IMG/VR virus record: IMGVR_UViG_3300014205_000170
Location: 96,001-160,000 of that record
Reading direction: 5' to 3' (one strand)
DNA length: 64,000 nt
From: a virus
Lineage: Duplodnaviria > Caudoviricetes
Shown: positions 40,308 through 50,591 of the stretch, one piece after another
Numbering within the stretch: the stretch's first letter is position 1
How the letters are laid out: every line of letters starts with the position of its first letter
The notes under the pieces: model-generated
What the model was told of the DNA's origin: nothing
The model's database searches: none
The model's input: only the letters and a program-made list of their open reading frames with translations
Position numbers and translations under genes: made by a program

Positions 40308-40742
40308 ATGACTGAGGAGCAAACAAACAAGTTAATTGATATAATTTCTACAATTCTAATTCCGAACGTTTTTGAATTACAAAATTCAAAATTATATCCA
40401 GAACAATTTTCTTTCCACATTTCACATTATGATTTTATTATTGAAAATAATGAAATATTTCTTGTTCGCCTAAGTTTAAGTCCGGGTGGAAGACTCAGAC
40501 ATGATGAAGCTCCACGAATACGTTTGGATTTAAAAGAACTACGAAAATGGGATATTCCTGGACATTCACTAGCAAATATTGATTATAAAAGATTTTTAAA
40601 AATATTGTCAGAAAAATTAGTAAGCTTTATAAAAGAAGCTGAAATTTATCAAAATGATATAAAAGATATTTTTCATTTTGCTAATACAATTTCTTTACCT
40701 TTGTTTAGAACTGTAATCTTAGAAAAACATAAAATTTTTTAA
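40308..40742 (+). CDS. hypothetical protein, C-terminal RTVILEK motif
   Basis: Motif at 40707-40727. Confidence 0.6.
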   Translation: MTEEQTNKLIDIISTILIPNVFELQNSKLYPEQFSFHISHYDFIIENNEIFLVRLSLSPGGRLRHDEAPRIRLDLKELRKWDIPGHSLANIDYKRFLKILSEKLVSFIKEAEIYQNDIKDIFHFANTISLPLFRTVILEKHKIF

Positions 40743-41251
40743 TGAAAAACAAGAATTTATATAACGATATTTTAGATGCTTTAATAGAAAAAGTTATTCC
40801 ATCAATAGTAAACAATCTTCAAGAAATGGGTATGGATAATTTCAGTTCAGCCATATTCGCAAGCTTTTCTTTACCGATTTTTAAATATATCAATCAAGAA
40901 TTTCCTTATCAAATAGATGACCTTCCAAAAGTCAAAACAGCCGACAATCAAGAACAAATCTTTGTGGTATTAAACATAAATTCAAAAGGAGAATTAATAA
41001 TATCAAAAGATGTAAGAACAAATGAGTTGGGATTAACGGAATTGACAGAGCCAATATTAATTTCCGACAATGCTGCTGAGGCTTTTAAAAACATGAATTT
41101 AAATACACAATTATTGTTTTATTTTTCAAACGAATTAACCCAGAGAGTGAAGGTTCAAGAAGCAGATAAGTTACAAATGATTGATTTATTTGAAAATATG
41201 AATAAAGTTAATTTAAAATTAACTCGAAAAACCTTAATGGAGAAGAAATAA
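40742..41251 (+). CDS. hypothetical protein, C-terminal RKTLMEK motif
   Basis: Motif at 41225-41245. Confidence 0.6.
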   Translation: MKNKNLYNDILDALIEKVIPSIVNNLQEMGMDNFSSAIFASFSLPIFKYINQEFPYQIDDLPKVKTADNQEQIFVVLNINSKGELIISKDVRTNELGLTELTEPILISDNAAEAFKNMNLNTQLLFYFSNELTQRVKVQEADKLQMIDLFENMNKVNLKLTRKTLMEKK

Positions 41252-41256
41252 TTTAC

Positions 41257-41264
41257 TATATTTG
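41257..41264 (+). promoter_or_regulatory. Bacteroidota sigma-A -7 element TATATTTG
   Basis: 4 nt before ATG 41269. Confidence 0.6.
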
Positions 41265-41268
41265 CAAT

Positions 41269-41934
41269 ATGGACAACAAGATAAATTGGAGCTCAGAGGA
41301 ATTGAATTTTAATAATGAGAAACCTCTTCAAACACAAGAAGATAAAAAAACCGAAGAAAAAGATAATAAGGCTATTGAATATTCTCCCAGAATAGTTCAA
41401 GAACATGAAGTTATTTTTGATAATAATTGGTTGAAAGTAAAAAGAGCCGGAGGATATATTTATTCTGAACGTAAAGGAGTGGATTCAGTAGCATTCGTAT
41501 TAATTGCTATTAATGCTGCTGATGAGCGTAGAATAGGATTGATAAACGAATTTAAAGACCCAATACAAGATTTTCTCACCACAGCATTTGGTGGTTCAAT
41601 TGACAATGAAAAATACCATAAAGATTTAAGATTATTGGTAAAAGATGAGGTTATTGAAGAAGCTGGATTTGATGTTTCTTTCAATCAAATTGAATATCAT
41701 GGTAAAGCAATGGTTTCAACTCAAAGTAATCAATTTTGTCATTTATTTTCTGTTGAAGTTGATAAAATGAAACAAGGAGATAGAACAACGACCAATGCTA
41801 CAGAATTAAAATCCACTGTCACTTGGCTTTCTATGTCAGAAATAAAACAATTAGATGATTGGAAATCTCAAACTATCATTTTAAGAAGAATGATGTCAAG
41901 AAATGGTTTAGTTTATGTAAGTACTGCCAAGTAG
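41269..41934 (+). CDS. Nudix hydrolase
   Basis: Degenerate Nudix box GGSIDNE.......VKDEVIEEAGF. Confidence 0.7.
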   Translation: MDNKINWSSEELNFNNEKPLQTQEDKKTEEKDNKAIEYSPRIVQEHEVIFDNNWLKVKRAGGYIYSERKGVDSVAFVLIAINAADERRIGLINEFKDPIQDFLTTAFGGSIDNEKYHKDLRLLVKDEVIEEAGFDVSFNQIEYHGKAMVSTQSNQFCHLFSVEVDKMKQGDRTTTNATELKSTVTWLSMSEIKQLDDWKSQTIILRRMMSRNGLVYVSTAK

Positions 41935-42179
41935 CAACGTGAAAGATTGGATAATAAAATCAAACGAGTGGTATGATGATTTACCAGAAAATAAAAGATT
42001 TTTATTTTTTTTAATTGTCATAGGAGGCAGTTTATTGCTTTGCCAATATTTACTGTATTCAAAACAATGCATTTGGGCATTACCAGTTTGGGTTATTGTA
42101 TTTTTTTCATGGCGTTTTGGTTATATCATATTGAAAGAACGAGAGAAACACAAAAAAAAATAAAATTAATTTCAAAGTT

Positions 42180-42446
42180 ATGCCCAAAAAGTATAAAAGA
42201 AAAACCAAAGGAAAATATGACAGAAAAATTATCTGTCAATATTCTCTTGCTGGAGAACTTTTGAGAGAATGGGAAACTGCAACACAAATAACTTTAGAAT
42301 TAGGGTTTGATAAAAGTGCTATTTTAAGATGTTGTAAGGGGTCTCAAAAAAAATCTTACTGGTTTATTTGGAAATTCAAAGACAAAGAGAATGAAGTTAA
42401 AATATTAAACAAAGATAAAAAACAACAAAAAGAAATCCATTTATAA
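42180..42446 (+). CDS. NUMOD1-type DNA-binding domain protein
   Basis: ICQYSLAGELLREWET......LGF....I..CC.G..K.SY.FIWKF. Confidence 0.75.
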   Translation: MPKKYKRKTKGKYDRKIICQYSLAGELLREWETATQITLELGFDKSAILRCCKGSQKKSYWFIWKFKDKENEVKILNKDKKQQKEIHL

Positions 42447-43387
42447 TGAACAGAAGAATAAAGGATTCAAGTGAACTTGATGAAAAATATGTATTATCAA
42501 GAATTGTGGAAGGGAAAACTCTTGGAAGCATTGCACATGAATTAAACACTTTCAAATCTGTTGTTAGAGAAATAGCATCAAATAATGGAATGTGCGCACA
42601 TGGAGATATAATAAATCATAACTCAAAATATGTAAGCCCCATTCAAATAGTACCGCATCCAATTAAAATAAACCAGGTAATAAAACCAGTCCCTACTCAT
42701 GAACCAACAATAAGGGATGAACAAATAAAAAAGTTATTTTCCGAAGGTAAGACACAAAAACAAATTTCTGAGATTTTAGGCATGTCACCGCAATATATAA
42801 ATTTACTTGAAAAAGATTTAGGTATTATAAGACGCAAATTTCTTAAAAGTTTAGATAAGAAATTGATGAAGTTAATCACTAAAGATGTTGAACATGGTGT
42901 GTTTTCTTACACAGAAATTCTCGAAAGATATAATATTAATGACATAAAATTAAGAAAATTAGAAACTAAATACAATTTTCCTTCTTTAAGAAAAATTTTT
43001 GTCAAAAAAAGAGACAAGCTTATTGTAGATTTATACACACAAGGATATACTGCTAATGCTATTTTAAATTCTAATAATAAGTTTTTAAAAATCACAAAAA
43101 ACATCACCGCTCCGGAAAGAATTTATTTACTAATTAGAGAACACGGCAAAAAAAGACATCCTCACATTAAAAACAGAGCTGCTGGTGAATGTGCAGAATC
43201 ACTTAAAACATTTAAGTTAATAGAAGAACTTAAAGATGTTCAAAAGAAAGGATTTAATTATATAGCATTGTATTTAAATTTTAACAACAAAAAAACTGTT
43301 ACAGGTACTACATTTAGCGGCGCAAATGTCCAAGCAAAATACAAACAGTATAAAAAATACAAACAGAAACACAAAATGTTAAAATAA
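42446..43387 (+). CDS. multi-HTH DNA-binding protein
   Basis: GKTLGSIAHEL and GKTQKQISEILGMS HTH patterns; C-terminal IA.YLN....KT.TG..FS..NV. Confidence 0.6.
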   Translation: MNRRIKDSSELDEKYVLSRIVEGKTLGSIAHELNTFKSVVREIASNNGMCAHGDIINHNSKYVSPIQIVPHPIKINQVIKPVPTHEPTIRDEQIKKLFSEGKTQKQISEILGMSPQYINLLEKDLGIIRRKFLKSLDKKLMKLITKDVEHGVFSYTEILERYNINDIKLRKLETKYNFPSLRKIFVKKRDKLIVDLYTQGYTANAILNSNNKFLKITKNITAPERIYLLIREHGKKRHPHIKNRAAGECAESLKTFKLIEELKDVQKKGFNYIALYLNFNNKKTVTGTTFSGANVQAKYKQYKKYKQKHKMLK

Positions 43388-43907
43388 AAAAATGGAGCGA
43401 TTTTTTTCTAATTATAGAATAAATAAAAATGTTGATAGAAAGGCTGTAAATATTTTGATGCAAAATATTAAAAAAAGAACAACCTCTTCTTCTATTTTAG
43501 TATTTACAGCAATTAAAGATTCCCAAGAACAAATTCAAGAAAATTGGGTTATTCAAAAAAAGAAAAATGGAAATTTTAACTTTATGTGTCTAGAAAAAAA
43601 ACCAGACACTCTAAGAACAACAATCTTAAATCATTTATCAAATTCAGAATCAGTAATTGTGGTTATTGTTTGTGACATGAAACAAAAATTAAGTAAAAAG
43701 AAACACATCAGAGAGATGTGGGGCTATAAAATTTTCAATAATGGCAAAGAAACTTCGCTAGAAGAAGTTAGTAGTGAAGATATTTACAAATTTTCTACAA
43801 CAAGTATTGAAACTGGAAAATCTATACCGCCAATAGAGGAAATAGTTTATTGTGGTCCGGATGGAAAAATATGTGGTTGGGATATTAATTAAACTAAAAA
43901 AAATTTT

Positions 43908-43915
43908 TATATTTG
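43908..43915 (+). promoter_or_regulatory. Bacteroidota sigma-A -7 element TATATTTG
   Basis: 4 nt before ATG 43920. Confidence 0.6.
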
Positions 43916-43919
43916 CCTT

Positions 43920-44366
43920 ATGGAAAAAAACATTTTGAATATTAAATTCAATTCTCATGCAGAACTATTGTTTGAAATAATAGACAAAAAAATAAGTATT
44001 ACACAAGAGCAAATAAAATCCAAAACAAGAACCAGAACTTTGGCTGACATAAGACGTGTAATCATAAACATTTTAAAAAAGTCAAATCCTAAAGCTACTG
44101 TATATGAAATTGCAGCTGTTGTTAATAGAGACCACTCTAGTGTTAGCACTCAAACGAAAGAGCATTTCAAATTATATGGAAACAATAAGGAATATAGCGG
44201 CTTATTTGATTTTATAAATAACAACTTTCAAAACATCTTAAATAGCAATAAGCCATTAGTAGAACTATATAAAGACCGGAATTACCTTGAAAGTCGATTG
44301 GAGATAGTTAATCAAGCCATTGTAGAAATGGAATCAAATAAAGAAAACTTTAGGTTTTTGCAGTAA
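43920..44366 (+). CDS. DnaA C-terminal (domain IV)-like DNA-binding protein
   Basis: I.SKTR.R.L...R ... EIA..VNRDHSSV matches the DnaA_C pattern S..R...R...IG...RDHTTV. Confidence 0.65.
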   Translation: MEKNILNIKFNSHAELLFEIIDKKISITQEQIKSKTRTRTLADIRRVIINILKKSNPKATVYEIAAVVNRDHSSVSTQTKEHFKLYGNNKEYSGLFDFINNNFQNILNSNKPLVELYKDRNYLESRLEIVNQAIVEMESNKENFRFLQ

Positions 44367-44387
44367 TTCTATCTCAAAAACTGGTTT

Positions 44388-44415
44388 GCAACATTTTTAA
44401 CAGTTTTTCGTTTAA
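44388..44415 (+). promoter_or_regulatory. ECF-sigma-type promoter GCAAC-N16-CGTTTAA
   Basis: 5 nt before ATG 44421. Confidence 0.75.
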
Positions 44416-44420
44416 AAGTT

Positions 44421-45224
44421 ATGGAACAAACCATAAAAGATATTTCAGTTTATCGTACAGAAATGGCAAAATCTATGATAGACAAGCTGTTTTTTATTGA
44501 TAAAATTAACCCAGGATTAATTGTAGATTTTGGTTGTGCTGACGGTACAATGCTTAAGTACATAAGAGATTTAAAGCCAGATATTATTTTAATAGGGTAT
44601 GATGTTTCCCAAGAAATGATTGATATTGCTAAATCAAAAAATGAAATTTGGCAAGAATATGACGAAGAACAAATCCCAGTATTTACCTCAGATTGGACAT
44701 TAATTGAAAGATTGGTTAAATACCATACCAGCAAAGGCGTAGAATGCGCCATAACACTTTCATCAGTTATACATGAAGTATATTCTTATGGAACAGAAGA
44801 TACTATTAAGCAATTCTGGAAGAGATTATTCAATACTGAGTTTTCTTACATTGTTGTTCGCGATATGCTTTTAAGCAAAAATTCTGTACACGATTCAGAA
44901 ATAGGAGATATTCAAAAAATTTATAATTCTCAAAATCCACATATTGAAGAATTTGAAACAATGTGGGGTAAAATTTCAAACTATAAAAACCTTTTACATT
45001 ATCTCTTAAAATTCAGGTATAACAAAAATTGGTTTAGAGAACTAAGAGAAAACTATCTCCCAATCACTCTTGAAGATATGATGAGTAAAATTCCAACAGA
45101 AAAATATTCATACGATTTTTATTCTCATTACCTTCTTCCTTTTATAGAACAATCAGTAAAAGAAGAATTTGATATTAAATTAAGTGAGCCAACTCATATA
45201 AAATTGATTCTGAAGAAGAAATAA
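44421..45224 (+). CDS. class I SAM-dependent methyltransferase
   Basis: IVDFGCADG, IGYDVS..MI, LSSVIHEV. Confidence 0.8.
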   Translation: MEQTIKDISVYRTEMAKSMIDKLFFIDKINPGLIVDFGCADGTMLKYIRDLKPDIILIGYDVSQEMIDIAKSKNEIWQEYDEEQIPVFTSDWTLIERLVKYHTSKGVECAITLSSVIHEVYSYGTEDTIKQFWKRLFNTEFSYIVVRDMLLSKNSVHDSEIGDIQKIYNSQNPHIEEFETMWGKISNYKNLLHYLLKFRYNKNWFRELRENYLPITLEDMMSKIPTEKYSYDFYSHYLLPFIEQSVKEEFDIKLSEPTHIKLILKKK

Positions 45225-45824
45225 ATACTTATAAATGAAAAAAGTATATAGTAAAAAAGAAATAGAGAAATTATTAAAAGAACAAATTTCAAAATGTGCA
45301 ATGACAATATTTAAAATAAATATGGTTGGTCGTGATAAAGATGATTTTGAAAAGGTTAGACAAACAAAATTAGTTAAATTTTAAAACAGCACTAATGCTA
45401 ACAACAATTTTAACCATCTCTTTAGTTATTTTAGGCATTATCATGTTGATTGGTATTATCAGATTGATTTTTACACCGGCAGATAATATGCTAGATTTTT
45501 TTGTTCACTTAATGTTACTTGATTGGATGGGTGATATATTAGGATGGATTATCGATACTACATGTAATTTAAAAAACGACGATTAATGGAAAATCAAAAC
45601 ATAACTATAGTTCACACAATCAATAAAAAAAACTACGTTCTTATTAATTATTTCATTTATTCAATGTCCGGTGTTACTATAATGCAACATAGAGCAAAAA
45701 AATTTGAATGTATCTTACAAGGCATAACTTGGAAATGGAACTTATTCAGACAATATAGAGTTGCTCATTTATTAGTTCCAGAAGAAAATATAATAGATTT
45801 CAACAACGAAATATTAGCTGAATA

Positions 45825-46256
45825 ATGAGATTGTGGTCTTTAAATCCTAGTTATCTTGATTCAAAAGGTTTAGTAGCTTTATGGAGAGAAACGTTATTAG
45901 CAAAAAAAGTTTTAGAAAATAAAACTGTTGGATATAAATTCCATCCACAACTTCAAAGATTTAAAAACACTGACAATCCTATTTCTTATATAAACGAATA
46001 TTTAAAAGCAATTTATTTCGAAGCAGAAAGAAGAAAATTTAAATTTGATAGAAATAAAATTTGTTGGTCTTTAAACGCTGATTCAATTACTGTAACAAAT
46101 AAACAAATAGAGTTTGAATTTTCACATTTATTAAAAAAACTCAAAATAAGAGATAAAGATAAATTTGAAAAATTAAAAATAAAAACAAAACTTCAAACTC
46201 ATCCTATTTTTAAAATAGTAAAAGGAGGAATTGAAGAATGGGAAATTATAAAATGA
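45825..46256 (+). CDS. pyrimidine-dimer DNA glycosylase / endonuclease V-like
   Basis: MRLWSL.P.YLD.KGLVALWRE.LLA, GY..HPQL.RF. Confidence 0.85.
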   Translation: MRLWSLNPSYLDSKGLVALWRETLLAKKVLENKTVGYKFHPQLQRFKNTDNPISYINEYLKAIYFEAERRKFKFDRNKICWSLNADSITVTNKQIEFEFSHLLKKLKIRDKDKFEKLKIKTKLQTHPIFKIVKGGIEEWEIIK

Positions 46257-46687
46257 AAATTTCATTAGATATTCACGGTGTGGTTGATGCTCTTCCAGAA
46301 GCGTTTGCCTTTCTATCAAAGGCTATTATAAATGCCGGTGGTCAGGTACACATCGTCACAGGAGGTGCTTGGAGTGTAGAATTGGAAAAAAAATTAAATG
46401 ATGCTGGAATAGTGTGGTCACATAATTTTTCAGTATATGACCATTTAATAAGTTCTAATGTACCAACAACTGGTCAAATACAATTTCCAGATGGAACAAT
46501 CCAACAAAAATTTGAAGATGGGCATTGGGATAAGGCTAAAGCAGAATATTGTCGTAAACATAATATTGATTTACACATTGATGATACTTTAATTTATAAT
46601 GAGCATTTTACAACTCCATTTGCCAGGTTATGGACTCACAACAACAACCCAAAAGCTAGTCATAAGGAAGTAAGACATTTGTCTTAA
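46253..46687 (+). CDS. HAD-superfamily hydrolase-like protein
   Basis: ISLDIHGVVD, HIVTG, K...C....IDLHIDD. Confidence 0.7.
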   Translation: MKISLDIHGVVDALPEAFAFLSKAIINAGGQVHIVTGGAWSVELEKKLNDAGIVWSHNFSVYDHLISSNVPTTGQIQFPDGTIQQKFEDGHWDKAKAEYCRKHNIDLHIDDTLIYNEHFTTPFARLWTHNNNPKASHKEVRHLS

Positions 46688-46957
46688 ATGGGGTTTGAAA
46701 ATTTATATAAAAAGGAAGTTTTAATAGAAAAATTTCATAAACTTAAAAAAGATGATTTTATTAAAATAAGAAACAGCTTTTGTGTTGAAACATTAATTTT
46801 CAAAGACCATAAAAATAGTATCGGAAAAGTTCTTTCAATAAACACGGCAGGGAAAGACGTTCTAGTGGTTAAGTGGATATATTTAACTGACAACACACAT
46901 TCATTGCCAACGTTTATACATATAGAGAATGTGATTAAGTATAATTCTAAAATTTAA
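46688..46957 (+). CDS. small protein, N-terminal KEVLIEK motif
   Basis: Motif at 46712-46732. Confidence 0.55.
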   Translation: MGFENLYKKEVLIEKFHKLKKDDFIKIRNSFCVETLIFKDHKNSIGKVLSINTAGKDVLVVKWIYLTDNTHSLPTFIHIENVIKYNSKI

Positions 46958-46987
46958 ACAATAATTTCCTTTTTTCATTAAACTTGC

Positions 46988-46995
46988 TATATTTG
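46988..46995 (+). promoter_or_regulatory. Bacteroidota sigma-A -7 element TATATTTG
   Basis: 4 nt before the topA ATG. Confidence 0.6.
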
Positions 46996-46999
46996 TCTT

Positions 47000-49378
47000 A
47001 TGGCAAAGAAAAAATCAAATTCTGAACAGAAATACGTATTGGTTGTTGAGTCACCCTCAAAAATCAAAAAAATCAAAGAAATTTTAAAAAGTTTGGGCCC
47101 GGATTATAAAAATTATGATGTGGCTGCTTCATATGGACATATTACCGAACTTTCTAAAGGAAGTGCCGGTATCGATAAAAAAGACAACTTCAAACCAACT
47201 TACAATGTTTCTGCTGAAAAGAAAGATGTAGTAAAAACATTACAAGAATTTAAAAAGAATGGATATGAATTTATTCTTTCAAGTGACCCTGACCGTGAAG
47301 GAGAAGCGATTAGTTGGCATATAGTTCAAACTTTAAAACTTCCCATTGAAGATACAAAACGAATCACATTTACTGAAATTACAAAAAAAGCAGTAGAAGA
47401 GGCTTTGCAACATCCAAGACTCATCGATATGAATTTAGTCAATTCACAACAAGCTCGACGTGTTTTAGATAGATTGGTGGGTTTTGATTTATCTGGATTA
47501 CTTTGGAAAAAGGTTCGTCCAAATTTGAGTGCTGGTCGCGTTCAAAGTGTTGCAGTAAGATTGATTTCTGAAAAAGAAAAAGAAATAAACGCCTTTGCAT
47601 CTGATGTTGATTTTAAAACAGTAGGCACCTTTAATAACAAGAAAAACATTTCCATCAAATCAATTCTTGATAAGAGATTTAAAGATAAAAAAGAAGCTAC
47701 TGAATTTTTGAAAAAATGTATTGGAAAAGAATTTGTAGTAAATTCCAAAGAAACAAAGCCAGGAAAGAAAACTCCGTCTGCTCCATTTACAACGAGTACT
47801 TTACAACAAGCTGCCGGAGGTAGATTAGGATTCACTGTTGATAGAACAATGAGAACAGCACAAAAGCTTTATGAGGGTGGTCACATTTCCTACATGAGAA
47901 CAGACTCTGTGATTTTATCAGAAGATGCTGTTAAAGCCATTAGTTCTGAGATTACAACAAAATATGGAGCAAATTATTTAACTAATAGAACTTTCAAAAG
48001 CAAAGCAAAAGGTGCACAAGAAGCTCACGAGGCTATTCGTCCAACACATATGGAGAATACTATTGCCGGAGGAGATTCTGATGAACAACGTTTATATGAG
48101 TTAATTTGGAAAAGAACGATTGCTTCTCAAATGAGTGATGCGCAAGTTGAAAATACAACTGTATATATTGGAACTAGTGGAATTAAAGAACAATTTATTG
48201 CAAAAGGTCAAGTTATAAAATTTGATGGATTTACAAAAGTTTACAATGATGTTGAAGATTCAAAAGAAGAGGATAACGAAGAGAGTGATTCAAAAGCATT
48301 GCCTCCAATTGAAAAAGGTGATAAATTAAATTATAAAGAAATCGTTTCAGCACAATCATTTACAAAACCGGCTCCAAGATTTAATGAACCAGGATTGGTT
48401 AAAAAATTAGAAGAATCTGGAATAGGTAGACCAAGTACTTATGCAGCAACCATTAAAACAATTCAAGATAGAGGATATGTTGAAAAGAAAGATATTCCTG
48501 TAAAAGAACGAAAAATAGAAACTTTAACTTTAATAGCAGACAAAAATACTATTGATGAAAGTGAAAAACTAGATAAGTTTGGTGGAGAAAAAGGAAAATT
48601 GGTTCCCACAGAAATTGCAACTGTTGTTGTGGATTATTTGAAAGAACATTTCTCTGAAATTATGGATTATAATTTTACTGCTGAAACAGAAGGAAAATTA
48701 GATGAAATTGCTGAAGGAAATAAAGAGTGGACCAAGATGATTGGAGATTTTTACAAGCCATTCAGCAAAATCCTCAAAGAAGCTGCTGGTACAGAAGGAA
48801 AAGCTGGTATTAAAGAATTAGGAAAAGACCCAATAACCGGTAAACCAGTATTTGCTCGTATCGGTCGATTTGGAGCAATGGTTCAGTTAGGTGACGGTGA
48901 CAAAGACAGCGACAACAAGCCAAAGTTCGCTAAACTTAAAGAAGGCCAGACAATAGAATCTATTACGATGAAAGAAGCTCTCGAATTGTTAATTTGGCCA
49001 ATCAACCTTGGAAAGCATGGAAATCAAGAAGTTACAGTAGCAATTGGACGTTTTGGACCATATGTTAAAATCGATAATATTTATGCTTCCATCCCAAAAG
49101 AAGAAGACCCTGCCAAAATAACGCTTAAAAGGGCAATAGAGCTGTTTGAGGAAAAAAAGGTGGCAAAGAACAGTAATGTTATAAAAGAGTTTAAAAAGCA
49201 AAACATAAGTGTTTTAAACGGTAAATTCGGTCCATATATTAAGTCAAAAACTGGAAATCATAAAATTCCAGCCGGTAAAGATGCTGAAAATTTAACATTA
49301 GCCGATTGTGAACAAATAATTACTGAGTCAAAAGATAAACCAAAGTCAAAATTCACTAAATTTAAAAAGAAAAAATAA
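47000..49378 (+). CDS. topA: DNA topoisomerase I (type IA) with C-terminal Topo_C repeats
   Basis: VESPSK, SDPDREGEAI, SAGRVQS, ISYMRTDS (catalytic Tyr), QEAHEAIRPT, GIGRPSTY, repeated GRFGPY. Confidence 0.97.
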   Translation: MAKKKSNSEQKYVLVVESPSKIKKIKEILKSLGPDYKNYDVAASYGHITELSKGSAGIDKKDNFKPTYNVSAEKKDVVKTLQEFKKNGYEFILSSDPDREGEAISWHIVQTLKLPIEDTKRITFTEITKKAVEEALQHPRLIDMNLVNSQQARRVLDRLVGFDLSGLLWKKVRPNLSAGRVQSVAVRLISEKEKEINAFASDVDFKTVGTFNNKKNISIKSILDKRFKDKKEATEFLKKCIGKEFVVNSKETKPGKKTPSAPFTTSTLQQAAGGRLGFTVDRTMRTAQKLYEGGHISYMRTDSVILSEDAVKAISSEITTKYGANYLTNRTFKSKAKGAQEAHEAIRPTHMENTIAGGDSDEQRLYELIWKRTIASQMSDAQVENTTVYIGTSGIKEQFIAKGQVIKFDGFTKVYNDVEDSKEEDNEESDSKALPPIEKGDKLNYKEIVSAQSFTKPAPRFNEPGLVKKLEESGIGRPSTYAATIKTIQDRGYVEKKDIPVKERKIETLTLIADKNTIDESEKLDKFGGEKGKLVPTEIATVVVDYLKEHFSEIMDYNFTAETEGKLDEIAEGNKEWTKMIGDFYKPFSKILKEAAGTEGKAGIKELGKDPITGKPVFARIGRFGAMVQLGDGDKDSDNKPKFAKLKEGQTIESITMKEALELLIWPINLGKHGNQEVTVAIGRFGPYVKIDNIYASIPKEEDPAKITLKRAIELFEEKKVAKNSNVIKEFKKQNISVLNGKFGPYIKSKTGNHKIPAGKDAENLTLADCEQIITESKDKPKSKFTKFKKKK

Positions 49379-49583
49379 ATATTATGGGAGCAGCTTATGA
49401 TGCAATGTGTGAAAATGAAGGACTTCAATCCACATTGAATAATAGAAATAAAAAAATAAGAGAACAGAAAAAACTTATCATTGAGTTATGTGAAGGTATT
49501 AAAGAAAATTTAAAAGCAACTCATCCATTATCAATAAAATCAACAAAAATTTTATCTACTTTAATTAAAAAGAAAAAATAATT

Positions 49584-49874
49584 GTGTCAGTATGTAGTTT
49601 ATGCAATCAATCTATGGATGAATGTGAAAAAGATACATTCTGTGCTAGAAATATTTTAAATTCAAAACCACAACTTGTCATAACTAATGAGTGGGGACAA
49701 AAGATAACATACTTTAGTTTTCAACATGCTACCGATGCTATGAAGGAATATTCAGATGTTATTGTTAGACAATTAAATACTGAAACTAGAAAAATGTTGA
49801 TAGAAAAAATTAATACTAAACAATCAGTAAACTCTCAATTATTTAGAACATTATCAGGTATTTTAAATTCTTAA
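49584..49874 (+). CDS. small protein, RKMLIEK motif
   Basis: Motif at 49788-49808. Confidence 0.5.
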   Translation: MSVCSLCNQSMDECEKDTFCARNILNSKPQLVITNEWGQKITYFSFQHATDAMKEYSDVIVRQLNTETRKMLIEKINTKQSVNSQLFRTLSGILNS

Positions 49875-50007
49875 AACAAACACAATGAGTAAAAAAATGA
49901 ATTTATGGAAAAGGTTTTCCAAATGGTGTGATAGAAATTTTAGTTATTATCTTACAAACCCAAATCACCACGACAGACTAAGAAGAAGGTTTGAATTAGA
50001 AGATTCT

Positions 50008-50517
50008 TTATAATTCCACCTCAAAAACATTTAAAATACTAGCTCTTATTATTTTCGTTTCTTTAATGGTCGAGAAGAAAGAACTGTCTATATATAAAAA
50101 TATTGCAAATTGACTTTTTGATTCAATATATTTTTTAAAAGCTCTCATTAAATCAAAATCTTCACCAAATAAAGATGCATTCCAATTTAGTCTATAACTA
50201 TTAACAGAACATGATTTACTCACTATCTTTTCATCTGGACTATACACGTTGTTTGAATAATATTTAAATTTTTTAAAATCATCTTTTTCAACAATAACTT
50301 TTCTTGTATGTATTTGCACATAATCAGAAGCTGGTTTTTGCACAACACAGCCACCCTCAGTAAGAAAAGCAGTAAATCCCGGAGTATTAACAAAAAACAC
50401 ATTTTCTAGTGGAATCTCACTTTTAGCCAACTCATTGGCCACTGATGTATAAAAACCTTCCCAAACTTTTTGATTATTAATATCGAGAAATCGATTTATA
50501 GCCGGATGAAAGTTCAT
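50008..50517 (-). CDS. hypothetical protein, internal RKVIVEK motif
   Basis: Motif at 50284-50304 (-); TATATTTG 5 nt upstream of the ATG (50523-50530). Confidence 0.6.
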   Translation of the reverse strand: MNFHPAINRFLDINNQKVWEGFYTSVANELAKSEIPLENVFFVNTPGFTAFLTEGGCVVQKPASDYVQIHTRKVIVEKDDFKKFKYYSNNVYSPDEKIVSKSCSVNSYRLNWNASLFGEDFDLMRAFKKYIESKSQFAIFLYIDSSFFSTIKETKIIRASILNVFEVEL

Positions 50518-50578
50518 ACTTTCAAATATATAGGTCTAAATTATGAAAATCAAGTTCTTAAAAACAACATTTTGGCCC

Positions 50579-50585
50579 TATTTAT
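50579..50585 (+). promoter_or_regulatory. putative late promoter TATTTAT
   Basis: 6 nt before ATG 50592. Confidence 0.45.
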
Positions 50586-50591
50586 CTCTAA

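Noticed and set aside
33860-42180. Imperfect -7 boxes upstream of pnuC (TAATTTTA) and of the NUMOD1 gene (TAATTTCA)
   Set aside because: They mismatch the TTTG core and are too likely by chance in AT-rich DNA.
9664-50304. The recurring TTAATAGAAAAA/ATTGAAAAA sequence as a DNA repeat, attC-like site or CRISPR repeat
   Set aside because: It is always in the same reading frame with synonymous codon variation and has no fixed spacing or palindrome. A peptide motif explains it better.
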